Part shown: one piece after another, positions 1-10,400 of the stretch
How positions within the stretch are numbered: position 1 is the stretch's first letter
Layout: the number at the start of each line of letters is the position of its first letter
Source of the DNA: Candidatus Woesearchaeota archaeon
GTDB lineage: Archaea > Nanobdellota > Nanobdellia > SCGC-AAA011-G17 > GW2011-AR17
Assembly (NCBI GenBank): GCA_003694495.1
Contig: RFJO01000038.1
Location: forward strand, 1 to 35,433
DNA: 35,433 nucleotides
Direction of reading: 5' to 3'
Notes under the pieces: generated by a model
What the model was told of the DNA's origin: nothing
Database searches by the model: none
Seen by the model: the letters and a program-made list of their open reading frames with translations, nothing else
Position numbers and translations under genes: made by a program

Positions 1-31
1 GTTAATTATTGTGTTATTTGCCACTGTTAAA

Positions 32-502
32 TTAAGACAAACAATAAACTAATTTGATGTTTAAGTCTGTAAGAGGAATGTTTTTGTCTTCAACTATATT
101 ATGTTTGCATTGAAGATCAATGTCCGGAATAGAAACTAATTCTTTGTCGTTGTTTTTAATTGTCATCTTTATTGTTTCCCTGGAATACTCTTTATTGAAA
201 AATGTTCTTAACATATTATCACTTTCATCTTTAACTAATGTACAACTATCTTCATACCCGCATATAGACTTGGATTCAGAACAGGCAACTATAACGTCTA
301 CCATGGTTTTTGAACTGCAGGGAGTATATTTAGTATAAGCCTGCAAAAAGTTGTTTAGTTGGATACTGATTATTGACTCTTCTTGTATGTTGCTTTTGGG
401 TTTTGAGGCAAACCTGAAAAAGAATGCTACCAAGACTAAAATTAAAATAATTATAACTAACAAACCTATCATTTCTCCGCCTTGTGCTTTCTTTTTAATC
501 AT
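32..502 (-). CDS. Type IV pilin-like protein with class III signal peptide (156 aa)
   Basis: N-terminus MIKKKA|QGGEMIGLLVIIILILVLVAFFF: short basic stretch, G/A cleavage site, long hydrophobic helix. Several Cys in the globular part. Start overlaps the upstream stop (ATGA). Confidence 0.75.
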   Translation of the reverse strand: MIKKKAQGGEMIGLLVIIILILVLVAFFFRFASKPKSNIQEESIISIQLNNFLQAYTKYTPCSSKTMVDVIVACSESKSICGYEDSCTLVKDESDNMLRTFFNKEYSRETIKMTIKNNDKELVSIPDIDLQCKHNIVEDKNIPLTDLNIKLVYCLS

Positions 503-1053
503 TTTAAATATAATTTTAATCTAAGCTTGCCCATCCTGTAAGAGTTTATGCTCGGAAAGTATAAGGATACAGGAGTTTCCAGGATCTGAACGTTTTTCTT
601 GCCTTTTATATCTTCTTTGCCAGGCTCAAATAAAGTCCATTTGTCACAGTTGTCAGGGTATTCAGCTGAACGCATTAACTCTTCTGTGCATTCTGTGTCG
701 TTAACTTTTGGAGTTGGATAAGACTGGATGAAAGTTATGGATTTTTTGCATAAGCCTCTATTAAGATTTTTTATTGAGGGTTCGTTTTTGTAGGAGATTA
801 CTTTTGCAATGTCAACACAATCGTTATCATGAGCTTGGGTGCTGCATTTTATCTCGGGAAGGTTTAAGATTGAGGATAATTGTTCGCCTGTGCTCAACAC
901 GCAACTTTCTTCGCCAACTTTCTTTGTTTGGGATATGGAAGTTTTGAAAAAGAAGTACATGCCTAAGCCTATTATAATAAATATTACAAAAATTACCATG
1001 ATGCTTTCCATCATGCCTATCTGGCCTTTAGAAGATTTCAGGGCAATCACCAC
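499..1053 (-). CDS. Type IV pilin-like protein with class III signal peptide (184 aa)
   Basis: SSKG|QIGMMESIMVIFVIFIIIGLGMYFFF followed by a Cys-containing globular domain. Overlaps both neighbours. Confidence 0.75.
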   Translation of the reverse strand: MVIALKSSKGQIGMMESIMVIFVIFIIIGLGMYFFFKTSISQTKKVGEESCVLSTGEQLSSILNLPEIKCSTQAHDNDCVDIAKVISYKNEPSIKNLNRGLCKKSITFIQSYPTPKVNDTECTEELMRSAEYPDNCDKWTLFEPGKEDIKGKKNVQILETPVSLYFPSINSYRMGKLRLKLYLK

Positions 1054-2059
1054 CTAATAATTTGTTGTTGTCTTCCAAGTTTTCTATAACTTGTTTGTAC
1101 TGGTTATAATCGTATTCACGGCTTCTTGCTAGTGAAAGTAAATTGTCCAAATCTCGGCCAAGCAAAGAGTAAGTGTTGCAGCTGTAGTAGTTAGGGTTGT
1201 TCTGAAGCAGAGTTTTTTTGTTGTTGTAAATCCTTGTTATTATTCCAAGTTTGTTTAATGCCATGTTGACCGAGTAAATATAAGACTTGGAATCTTCAGC
1301 AAAGATTGCGCCAATGAACATAGGAAGTTTCATGAACGGGTAAGAGTTGCCGTCTTCAAACAGTATAGTGCCATATTCTTTGTCATCGTCAAAAGTGACT
1401 ACCCTTACCTTGGCGTTGTCAATGTCTTTTAGCTTAGATTCTAAAGCTGAGTCTTGGGACAGTAAGATGAATGTTGGCTTGACTTTTAACAATTGCTTTT
1501 TTAATTCTGAAACCTTTAACGAATTTTTGTCAATTATCTCTACCCCAAACGCAGAAGGAATCTCTGTAGTGTATTCTTCTTCATTTCCGGCAAGCTCGTT
1601 TGCGAAATCTTCAGTGTCTGAATCGTAAATTATGAAGTATTTGTATTGAGAGTTTGTCAGGTAAAAAAAGTTGGTTACACTATAAGGAAACTGCCAGCGT
1701 TTTGTTAAAATGTATAAGGTTTTGCCTTTAAGGGTTTTAGGCGTGAAAAGGATTTTGTATGAATTAATTGATTTGGATGATGAGCCTGTCCTAAACTGAT
1801 AACGAAGTTTATTTTCTTTATCCGGCTTGAAGGTAAAGGTAACTATCCTGCCAAGATTGTAGTCCTGGTTGCTGTCGGTAGATGAGCCTAGAGCTGAAAG
1901 AACGTCGTCAAAACCTGAAACTAGCCTGAAAGATTCAATCGTAGATTGCTGGCCCATGTATTGTAGCCCAAACCTTATGAAGAACAATAAAAACATTGTG
2001 CCGACAATTAACGCGAAAATGTATTTGAATACGGGTGAAACCATGCCTCTTTTTTTCAT
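1028..2059 (-). CDS. Large pilin-like protein with class III signal peptide (343 aa from the MKKRG start)
   Basis: MKKRG|MVSPVFKYIFALIVGTMFLLFFI. The ATG at 2059 is preferred over the ORF-track start at 2080 because TTTAAATA (2091-2084) lies about 25 nt upstream. Confidence 0.7.
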   Translation of the reverse strand: MKKRGMVSPVFKYIFALIVGTMFLLFFIRFGLQYMGQQSTIESFRLVSGFDDVLSALGSSTDSNQDYNLGRIVTFTFKPDKENKLRYQFRTGSSSKSINSYKILFTPKTLKGKTLYILTKRWQFPYSVTNFFYLTNSQYKYFIIYDSDTEDFANELAGNEEEYTTEIPSAFGVEIIDKNSLKVSELKKQLLKVKPTFILLSQDSALESKLKDIDNAKVRVVTFDDDKEYGTILFEDGNSYPFMKLPMFIGAIFAEDSKSYIYSVNMALNKLGIITRIYNNKKTLLQNNPNYYSCNTYSLLGRDLDNLLSLARSREYDYNQYKQVIENLEDNNKLLGGDCPEIF

Positions 2060-2083
2060 GTAAATAGTTAGACGTTCCAATTG

Positions 2084-2091
2084 TATTTAAA
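2084..2091 (-). promoter_or_regulatory. Putative TATA box for the 2059 pilin-like gene
   Basis: TTTAAATA on the minus strand about 25 nt before the ATG, consistent with a leaderless archaeal transcript. Confidence 0.45.
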
Positions 2092-2093
2092 AT

Positions 2094-2642
2094 TTACCTT
2101 AACCCGACATAATCAGTCATTGTTTCAAGAATTATTTCTCCGCCGTTCTCGTAACAAAGAGGGTTGCCTTCAACAGGCTTGGCGTGTTTTAAGCTTAAAC
2201 CGTTCATTTCTGAAGATGATAATGGTAGGTACCATAAAATTTTGTTGTCGTCAGGTTTTTGGTTTTTTAACCTTAAATAAAACGACGTCTTGTCGTCGTT
2301 CATTCTTTTCAATGCGCCGGCTAAAGTGCCTTCACAGTCTTCAATCTCATCTTTCTTTTTCCTTTTAATCTTGCACTTAAGTTCAGTGCCGGGGTTAGAA
2401 AAACAAACGTACTTGACAGCTTTGCCAAGCAGGATTCTGATAGGTTTTGTGGTGCCTTCACTTCTTTGATAAATTACATTAACTTCTGTTTCAAGATCTT
2501 TTCGGAACTGGCCAAGCTCGCCTTTATCTGCAACGGTTTTTAAGTCCATGATAGCTTTAAACCCCCAAACTAAAATTAAGCCGCCAAGGATTAAAGCAAA
2601 GATGTATACAAACGGTTGCGACATTAATTGGCCTTTTTTCAT
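2094..2642 (-). CDS. Type IV pilin-like protein with class III signal peptide (182 aa)
   Basis: MKKG|QLMSQPFVYIFALILGGLILVWGF. 4-nt ATGA overlap with the stop of the giant protein upstream. Confidence 0.8.
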   Translation of the reverse strand: MKKGQLMSQPFVYIFALILGGLILVWGFKAIMDLKTVADKGELGQFRKDLETEVNVIYQRSEGTTKPIRILLGKAVKYVCFSNPGTELKCKIKRKKKDEIEDCEGTLAGALKRMNDDKTSFYLRLKNQKPDDNKILWYLPLSSSEMNGLSLKHAKPVEGNPLCYENGGEIILETMTDYVGLR

Positions 2643-5600
2643 TCTTCCACCAGGTTGATTATTTTGTATTCACCGCTGTTGCCGAACTTGTCTTTACATT
2701 GAACGTATAATGTCTTTTGTGAAGGGTCTAATGTGGCAATCTGGGTGGTGGAGTTTGTGCTGGAGAACCTTGTGCCTTCACCTAGCCTAAATCCAGGAGT
2801 GGTTAAATATTCGCATGTTGCTTCCTCGTCAAGTTTTATGTTTAGCTCTGTTAAAAATTCGTCATAGGTAAGAGAAATTATCTCTGGCTCGTATAAGTCT
2901 ATGTCAACCGTAAAGTTAACTTGAGCAGAAGCTTCGTTTGCGCCGCTGTCTTTGCATCTAACATAAAAGTTGTAAGAGTCTGGAGGCAAACCTTCAAGCA
3001 ATTGTTTGGATGTGGTTGAACCAGTTTCACTGAAAGCTACCATTTGGTCGTATGGCAAGTTATCGTTTGCAAAAGCGCACCAGGCTTTGCCGTTTTCAGC
3101 GCCGCCAATTGTTTTTGCTTCTAACGTAACTTTGTTTGTGTAAAATGTTTTTGAAACAGGTGAAGCGGATTCAATCTGTAAAGGGGATTTGCTGCCTACA
3201 ATTGTGAAAGGGTAACTTTCTTCGTTAGTGTTACGGTCTTCTTCTGGAGCAGAAGGTTTGTCTCTGCACTTGAAAAAGAAGTTGTTTACACGGTTTGTTA
3301 AGTTTGCAAGGTATGTTGTGCACTCGTAGCTGAAAGGGTACTTTGAAGTCTGGGAAAGAGGTTGTGTTGCGCAGTCAAACTCGTTCTCCATTAAGTCGTA
3401 ACCTGTGTCGCGCCTGCTCCATTTGCATGTTGACGGTTCGTTGACGTAAATGCTTAGCTTAAGTTCTGTCTGGTTGAAGCCGATGAAGGATTTGTCAGCC
3501 AGGCTTGTGAATTGGATTAATGGCGGAGTTAAGTCTGGGGATGGGTCGGTTGAAAATTCTATGAAATAATCGCGCTCGTTTTTGTTTGCGTGAGCGTCTT
3601 GGCATCTTACGTAAAGCTTGTAGTTGCCTTTGGTTAAGTTAGGGTTTGTTAAAAGCGAAGGCATGGAAAATGCTAAAGTGTGGTTGTATAAGTATAATGA
3701 TGTGCCGAAGAAGTCCGGCATTTTGTCGAACTTTGTGCCTTCGTTTATTGAATACTTACATTGTGCAGGCTCGTTGGTGGTAAAGGCTAATACAACAGGA
3801 CTGAAGGCTTTAATCTTTTCATTAATTTTGAAACCTTTGCTACCTTCTTTGCTAGTTTCTTCAATTGTTAATGGCAACATGTTAGCTTTGTCAGGAGTGA
3901 TTATAGGAGAGTTCACGTCGTTTGGGTCTATAGATACACAGGATTCGTTGCCAGTGCCTGCGTTGACAAGTTCACAGTTCTGGCCGAGGGACTTGCACCT
4001 GTACTCTGAGCATGGTTTGTAAGGGTTGTTGTTGCATTCTTCACATTGCGTGCTGCCTGGCGGAGCCTGCCATGGCAAACACTGGATCTGGTAAGTTACC
4101 TCAAAGTCTTTTGCACGGCCGTGTTCAACGCCTGTGTAGATTAATAAACCTGAAGAGATTAAGTTTAGTATGCTGCCAAAAATGCCAGCGCTGCCGTAGA
4201 TTGATTGGCTTTTGCCAGAGAAACCTTTACCGCAAATGTCATTGGATGCGCCTGCTCCAAGTTTGTTAAAAACTTCTTGAGCTGGTTTTGGGTATAAGGT
4301 TTTTACGTCTGGTGCACGAGCGCCAACTTTTGGTGTGGCGAACCCAGTGATGGATGTTATGGCGTTGCCAGTGATGGAGTCGATGCCGACTGCTGCAATT
4401 GCAACGTTGCTGTTCTGGTTAAGATTAATATCAACACCTGGTTCTGGAGATGATGAGGAATCTATATTGGCATTATTTTTTTCTTTTGTGAATTCATTTT
4501 GATTATTTGTGATTTTATTTGGATTATTTGTGACTTTATTTTGCTCTCCTTTTTTTGTTTGAGTGCTTTTTTCAGGTGTTTTGGATTTAGATGTTTTAGG
4601 CGCACATTTTTTCCCTAAGCTTGTTAATGCAGAAATGCCGCCAAACATGCCTTTACCAAATCCCTTGTACCAACTTTCGCCTTTTTTTGAACTTGCTACA
4701 GCACCCATAACTCCTGAAGTAACTATGCCTGCCACTCCTACCCAGAATGAAGCGTCCTTAACCAAATCGTCAGTTTTTGAAGTTTTCTTGTTGCTTGGCT
4801 TGTTGATGACAGTTTGCCAGTCGTTATAATCATTTTCATCTAACGCAAACTTTTCACCGTCTCTAAATGTTGTTTCAAAAGTTAAAGTGTTAATGTAACC
4901 AGTGTTAGGTTCGTTGGCAACGCCTAAAATGTTAAAATAAGCGCCACAGTCGCCTTGAGCTTTACAGTAATTGTTACCAGCAATGACCCATTTTTTGCTT
5001 AAGCATTCAGCGTTCTGGACAACCTTGGCGTTTTTCTTCAGCCATTCGTCCCTTTCACTTTTACTGACAAGTTTCTGGAAAGTGTTTTTCCAGCCGCCTA
5101 CCCTGTAAACAACTTTACATTCAGTGTTGGCCTTAGCGCAGACTTGAGCAGCGGAGGAAGATGGAGTTGGCGAGGATGCGCCTTTAGAGGTAGCAGCAGC
5201 CTTAATCTTTTTAGAAGTGGCTGAAGCAGAGCCCCAGTGTTTTAACCCTGGTGGCACCATAGGCACACAAACGCCGCCGGCGTCAGTTATACCTGATTCA
5301 AGCCAAACACAGTCCCTAAGGAATTCGTTGTTACAACAATCTTTTTTTAGCCGGATTAATGAAGAAGGTTCTTTCTTGCCCTGCTCTACTTTTATATCAT
5401 TTTTCATACCGGTTAATTTGGTTAAATCGTTACAATAAGAACAGTCCTGCCACCTGTTTGGCCTGCACGCTGCTTCAGTATACTCAGCGCCGGCTAACAT
5501 GAACGAGTCATAGTTGCGTAAAACATCTTCACCTAACACTCCTTGTACACAAATCTCTTCCCTGTAATCTTTACACGGCTCAACCTGAACTTCGCCGTTT

Positions 5601-6637
5601 ATGCATAACTGCTTGTAAAACCTTGAACCAACCTTGTCCCTAGCCAGTCCAACGTCTGAATCGTATAAGCACCAGCTTTCACCGTTTTTTTTGTCACCGC
5701 CTGAGTTGGGAGAGTATGGGTCGGCGTAAACATCTTTACACCCAAGACTTACACAAGTTGAACTGCCGACAGGCATGACTTTTTTATCGTCTTTGCCACA
5801 AACAGTGCTTGAAGGGAAGTCGCAGTTGCCGCAGTTAGGGTCGTAAGCGCCGGAAATCTTGCAACTGTCTTTCTCTGCTAAAACAAAACCGTCATTATAG
5901 GATTTTTTTCTGTCAGCGTCGTAAATGTTTTCACGATTGCCGCAACTGTCAAACCAGTAAACGTCTTCACCGACACAACCTGTGTCGTGCTGTTTAGTAC
6001 AACCGCAGTTTAACTGATCGTTGCTGCATAGCATGTCCTTGTAAAAACCAGGAACCTTATCTTTAGATTTGGTTGCGTTTAGCGAAGTTACGGAAGATGA
6101 TGCGCTAGGACAATTGCCTCGTGTGGTGAAAACGCATTTGTCTTCCTGGACACAACAGCCTACCTCTTGAGACTTGGTTTGATCTATGCAATCAACCTCA
6201 GTTTTGATATCGTCTTTAAAGTTCATACTAACGCCGGGGTAAAGTGAAGCGGTTTTCTTACACTGAACTTGTGTGACGAAAAATGCCTGGTCGCCAATGA
6301 TGCAACAACCTTTTTGGCACTGAGGGATTTCACAATTGGGTGAATCAGAATAAGTGCAGTTGGCTTCAGCTTCACACGCTGACCTGGGAGTGTTACTGTA
6401 GCATCTTCCAGTGTCGCTGGAGTACCCGCAACCTAGTTTGCAAAATGAAGTTGATTCACAGGAGGTTGGGGCAAACTTGAACCCTGATTCAATAGCGCAG
6501 TTGCTGTCGTCTGTCTCAATACAATAGTCGCCAGACTTGGTTTTTTCACAACAGCCGTTTATGGCTAGTACAGAACTGGCTAATAAAATTGTAACTATTA
6601 ATAATATTACTACATTTTTTGTTTTCAACCACTCCAC
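2639..6637 (-). CDS. Giant secreted Cys-rich multidomain protein, paralog A (1332 aa)
   Basis: Sec-type signal (..LLASSVLA), N-terminal GCC/CC Cys repeats, motifs DVYWFDSCGN, NGESWC, VEPCKDYREEIC, GDCGAYFN. Central hydrophobic segments, then CLPWQAPPG..PCSEYRCKSLG and C-terminal beta-rich Ig/FN3-like repeats (TNEPAQC, YVRCQD). No C-terminal anchor. GTG start preceded by GGGGA. Confidence 0.9.
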   Translation of the reverse strand: MEWLKTKNVVILLIVTILLASSVLAINGCCEKTKSGDYCIETDDSNCAIESGFKFAPTSCESTSFCKLGCGYSSDTGRCYSNTPRSACEAEANCTYSDSPNCEIPQCQKGCCIIGDQAFFVTQVQCKKTASLYPGVSMNFKDDIKTEVDCIDQTKSQEVGCCVQEDKCVFTTRGNCPSASSSVTSLNATKSKDKVPGFYKDMLCSNDQLNCGCTKQHDTGCVGEDVYWFDSCGNRENIYDADRKKSYNDGFVLAEKDSCKISGAYDPNCGNCDFPSSTVCGKDDKKVMPVGSSTCVSLGCKDVYADPYSPNSGGDKKNGESWCLYDSDVGLARDKVGSRFYKQLCINGEVQVEPCKDYREEICVQGVLGEDVLRNYDSFMLAGAEYTEAACRPNRWQDCSYCNDLTKLTGMKNDIKVEQGKKEPSSLIRLKKDCCNNEFLRDCVWLESGITDAGGVCVPMVPPGLKHWGSASATSKKIKAAATSKGASSPTPSSSAAQVCAKANTECKVVYRVGGWKNTFQKLVSKSERDEWLKKNAKVVQNAECLSKKWVIAGNNYCKAQGDCGAYFNILGVANEPNTGYINTLTFETTFRDGEKFALDENDYNDWQTVINKPSNKKTSKTDDLVKDASFWVGVAGIVTSGVMGAVASSKKGESWYKGFGKGMFGGISALTSLGKKCAPKTSKSKTPEKSTQTKKGEQNKVTNNPNKITNNQNEFTKEKNNANIDSSSSPEPGVDINLNQNSNVAIAAVGIDSITGNAITSITGFATPKVGARAPDVKTLYPKPAQEVFNKLGAGASNDICGKGFSGKSQSIYGSAGIFGSILNLISSGLLIYTGVEHGRAKDFEVTYQIQCLPWQAPPGSTQCEECNNNPYKPCSEYRCKSLGQNCELVNAGTGNESCVSIDPNDVNSPIITPDKANMLPLTIEETSKEGSKGFKINEKIKAFSPVVLAFTTNEPAQCKYSINEGTKFDKMPDFFGTSLYLYNHTLAFSMPSLLTNPNLTKGNYKLYVRCQDAHANKNERDYFIEFSTDPSPDLTPPLIQFTSLADKSFIGFNQTELKLSIYVNEPSTCKWSRRDTGYDLMENEFDCATQPLSQTSKYPFSYECTTYLANLTNRVNNFFFKCRDKPSAPEEDRNTNEESYPFTIVGSKSPLQIESASPVSKTFYTNKVTLEAKTIGGAENGKAWCAFANDNLPYDQMVAFSETGSTTSKQLLEGLPPDSYNFYVRCKDSGANEASAQVNFTVDIDLYEPEIISLTYDEFLTELNIKLDEEATCEYLTTPGFRLGEGTRFSSTNSTTQIATLDPSQKTLYVQCKDKFGNSGEYKIINLVEE
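4501..4542. repeat. 21-bp imperfect tandem repeat (2 copies) in the polar insert of paralog A
   Basis: gattatttgtgattttatttg / gattatttgtgactttatttt (19/21 identical), within the NKVTNNPNKITNN stretch. Confidence 0.8.
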
Positions 6638-6642
6638 TCCCC

Positions 6643-7404
6643 TTATGATGGTTCGCCTTGAACGGCAAACTGGAACATGAAATTGTCTTCACGCAGTTTT
6701 AGCCTGTAAATTTTGTCAGGGTAAGGTTTTTGAACATAAATTGTGTATTTTCCTAACTTTAACAACATATAAGTTAACTGGTCAAACTGGCCGGTTGTTG
6801 TTTCTTGATCTAAAATATCTTGCGCAACGTTGTAAAGATCGCCTAAAGGTTTGTCAACAATGTATGAAAATTTGTTGGTTGAAGCTTTCGCGTCAGAGAC
6901 TTTGGATTCAACTGTGACAGGGTACTCTAGGTCAACCAAAACCTGCAACGGCAAAATCTGTACAGAGACTTTAGGTTTGCCTTTAGTTTTAATGTTAACC
7001 CCGCGGACATTGTCAAAGTCTAAGCATTCAGGCAATGATTCTTCAATGGCTTTGCTAAGCTGAGATTCCATGTTTTGTAAAGTTAAAAGCCTGTTCCTGC
7101 AATAATCCTGGTCTTCAATATTAAAACAAAGGTAACTTATAGGAGTATCATTCCATAACCTGAAAGTGTCTTGGCTTGGAGACAAATAGCCGCCTTGCAA
7201 TGCTATCTTTTCAATAGGGCCTTTAGCAGAGTTTTCTAAACAAGATTCAACAATCTGTTTAACTTCTTTCATTTGAGCATTGATGCTTGTTTGAGATGAT
7301 GGCGGGATTATTTCTTTACGAAAACTTATAAGAAGAATTATTGTGGCTAGAATGACTATGCCTAAAATTACAAATATTGTTATCTGTCCTCTTTTTTTTA
7401 CCAT
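6643..7404 (-). CDS. Type IV pilin-like protein with class III signal peptide (253 aa)
   Basis: MVKKRG|QITIFVILGIVILATIILLISF, later VESCLE..IALQGGY. This KKRGQxTxFxIxG pattern is typical of DPANN pilin-like proteins. Confidence 0.85.
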   Translation of the reverse strand: MVKKRGQITIFVILGIVILATIILLISFRKEIIPPSSQTSINAQMKEVKQIVESCLENSAKGPIEKIALQGGYLSPSQDTFRLWNDTPISYLCFNIEDQDYCRNRLLTLQNMESQLSKAIEESLPECLDFDNVRGVNIKTKGKPKVSVQILPLQVLVDLEYPVTVESKVSDAKASTNKFSYIVDKPLGDLYNVAQDILDQETTTGQFDQLTYMLLKLGKYTIYVQKPYPDKIYRLKLREDNFMFQFAVQGEPS

Positions 7405-7435
7405 ATTCCTTAACTTTAATGTTAATTAAAGTAAA

Positions 7436-7443
7436 TATTTAAA
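7436..7443 (-). promoter_or_regulatory. Putative TATA box for the pilin/paralog A unit
   Basis: TTTAAATA on the minus strand about 30 nt upstream of ATG 7404. Confidence 0.5.
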
Positions 7444-7454
7444 CCTTGTGGTTT

Positions 7455-10400
7455 TTATACCGGTGGCTGGAGTTGCGTGCGTAGGAAAATTGTTGAAGAC
7501 ATTTCGTTGTCGTGAACATCTTTGCAGGTTAGGTAGATTTTTTCTGTAAGAGGGTCAACATTGATTGAAACAATTTGTGATGTGGGAAGCTGGGAGTAGT
7601 CTTCGTTGTTGGTTGAGTAGGAACATGAAGCGTCTTCGTTAAGCATAACCTCAAGTAATGCGCCAGTGTAAGATAATCCAGTAATCTCTGGAGGTTCAGT
7701 GTCAATATCTACTGTAAAAGAAAGGTTTTCCCGTGCTACATTGTTAGCAATGTCCCTGCATTCTATAATGTAATCATACTGTTGTTTTGTTAAGCCTGAT
7801 AAAACCTGGGTGTGGTAAGTTGAGTTTGTGTTAAAAAACTCAATGTTGTTGTAGTAACAGATTGATTTGCCGTTTAACGCGCCCTTGGCAGTTTTAACTT
7901 GCAAAGTAATGTTGGATGAATAAATTGTGCCTGACGGGGAAAGCGCTGTGATAATGAGAGGCTCGGCTTTGCTGGCGCGCCAAATGTAACTTTCAGAGTT
8001 TTCGTTTCTTACTTGTGAATTCTCTGGCTCGTCACGGCACCTGAAATAATATGTGTTTAAGCCGTCCCTTACTGGAAGTTTTACCTGGCACTCGGCGTAC
8101 TTTGAGTAAATGCTGTCAGGCGGCATTTCTGCACAGGTCATGTTTAACGGCATCTGGTCGAACGGCATGTCCTGGGTTGAGGCGCGGCAGGAAAACGGCG
8201 AGACTTCGTCTACAACTAAAGTTAAACTGGTTTCGTTTGCGTTGGCTGCAACGTAGCCCATGTCTGGTATAGAAGATGAGATTAGCCTTGGCGGTTCTAA
8301 GTCTGGCGCTCTGTCAGTTGAAAATTCTATGACGTAAGGTGGAGATCTTTTGTCGTCTTTAGGGTTGCCGTTGGCGTCTTTACAGATAACATAAAACTTA
8401 TAATCTGTTGCAGGCTGGAGGTTGCCAATGTAGTAGTTGTGGACTTTGTCAAAGTAACTTTCGTTGAAGCGTAAGCTTAAATCGTTAAAAGTGTACTTAA
8501 GTTCTTTGTCAAGCTTGCACATGGACGGTTCGTTGGTTTGTATGCCAAAGTATAGCTTGGAAAAGGCTGGAAGTTTTTTGCTGCCGATAAGATAACCGTT
8601 TTGTTTTTCCACAATGCTGTAGTCTGTGGTAATATCTTTGCCTTGATAAGTTAGCTTGAACGCCTCATTCCATGGGGTTATGATGGGTTTGTTAACATCG
8701 TTCGGGTCGGCTGCTATGCATTTTGGGCGAGATGTGCCTTCGTTTTCTTTAATGAACTTGCAACCTGCGCCCAGGGACATGCATTTGTATTCAGAGCACG
8801 GGCTCATCGGGTCTTCGTCGCATTTTGCACAATTGTCGCTGCCGGGGGGAGGTTGCCAAAGCTTGCACTCGGTTGTGACAGTGCGTTTTTGGTATTTCCT
8901 GAAAACGATTTCTGTTAACACTATGTAAAGTGTTACCAAAGCGCCGATGCCGGACACCCAGGAGGCAGCGCTGCTTGCTGCACTAGTGCCAATGGCTTTT
9001 AATATTAAGCCTGTAAGCTGGACAGTTATACCGATGCCTTTTGTTATTGCCTGGGCGATCTTTTTGTCTTTGTAAACATCTTCTGCGTTCAAGTTAGATA
9101 AATATAACTCTTTGTTTGCTTTATGCCATACTTCTTCAAACGCTCCAGCCATGGTTTGGTCAACTTGCATTTTGGGTTCTTCTGATTGACGGTTGTAGTA
9201 GGATGACTGGAACGATTTTCCCCTGTCAAAAATTATGTCCCAGCCTTGGTAAGAATGGTCCCAGCTGCGTAGGAAACCTTCTTTTGAAAAACCGCCAATG
9301 TAATTATAATGTGCGCCGCAATCGCCTATGCTTCTGCAATAGTTGTTCTGTTCTTTGATATAATCGTTACTGAAACATTCACAGTTGCCTTCTTTTACGC
9401 AAGACCATTTCCAGTTGGTGTAAATCATTTTGGTGAAAACGGTTGTGCATTTCTTGGTGGCAGTGCTGCATGTTTGGTCTGATGCTGTTTGCGTTGTGGC
9501 AGATTTGGTTTGTTTTTGCGGGTTCCAAAACCTGAACCCTGGCGGGTGCTGCGGGATGCATGTGCCAGAGTTTTCGTCGCCTGCCCAGAAACAGTCCCTT
9601 AAGTCTGACCTTTCACAACATTCTTTGTCAAGCTTCATTGCCAAAGCAATATCTTCAGGGCTTGTTTTGTCTTTGGCTGTGTTACATATAGTGGTGCAAT
9701 CTTTCCAACGGTTTTCTTTGCAGGCAGCTTCACTAAACAAGTAGTTCTGGGCAGTGGCAGAAATTTTGCCCTCAGCGGTTTCTTTAATGCCTGTGTTTAG
9801 TGTCTCGTAAACGTCTGATTGTAAACAAACCTCTTCACGGAAATCTTTGCATGGTTCTACTATTTCTTCACCGTTAATGCAAATGTGACGGTAATGCCTG
9901 GAACCAGGAAGGTCTAACGACGGGCCAATTGCGCCGTCAAACTCGCACCAACTTTCGCCGTTGATCCTTCTACCGCCGTCACCTTCAACTACAGGGTTGT
10001 CCCAAGTGGTGGGGCAGTCTAAACTTTTGCAAACATAATCGCCGTCTTGAGTTTGGCCGCATAATGTGCCCTTGGCATAATCACAATCTTCTGCAACTCC
10101 TTCAGGATTTCCACAGGAGTCAAACCAGTAAACGTCGTCAGTGCCGTCAAGGCAACCTTTGTACGAGTGAGCCTTGCATTGTTCGCATGGCAAGTTGTTG
10201 TTTGAACAAAATAAACCTTCATAAAACCCTTCCCCACCAATGCCGTCCTGCATGTTGCATGTTGCACGCGACGTCCAAACACATTCTTCGTTGGCAGACT
10301 TGACACAACAGCCCCTGTCAGCCTGGCGGCAAATGTCTGAGCATTCTTGCTCGGACTTGGATTGTCGGAAGTCTTTGCTAAGCTCCGGGTAGTCTAGAAG

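Noticed and set aside
1..24. Possible GTG start of a further minus-strand gene (MANNTIIN..) running off the left edge
   Set aside because: Only 8 codons are visible, so it cannot be supported.
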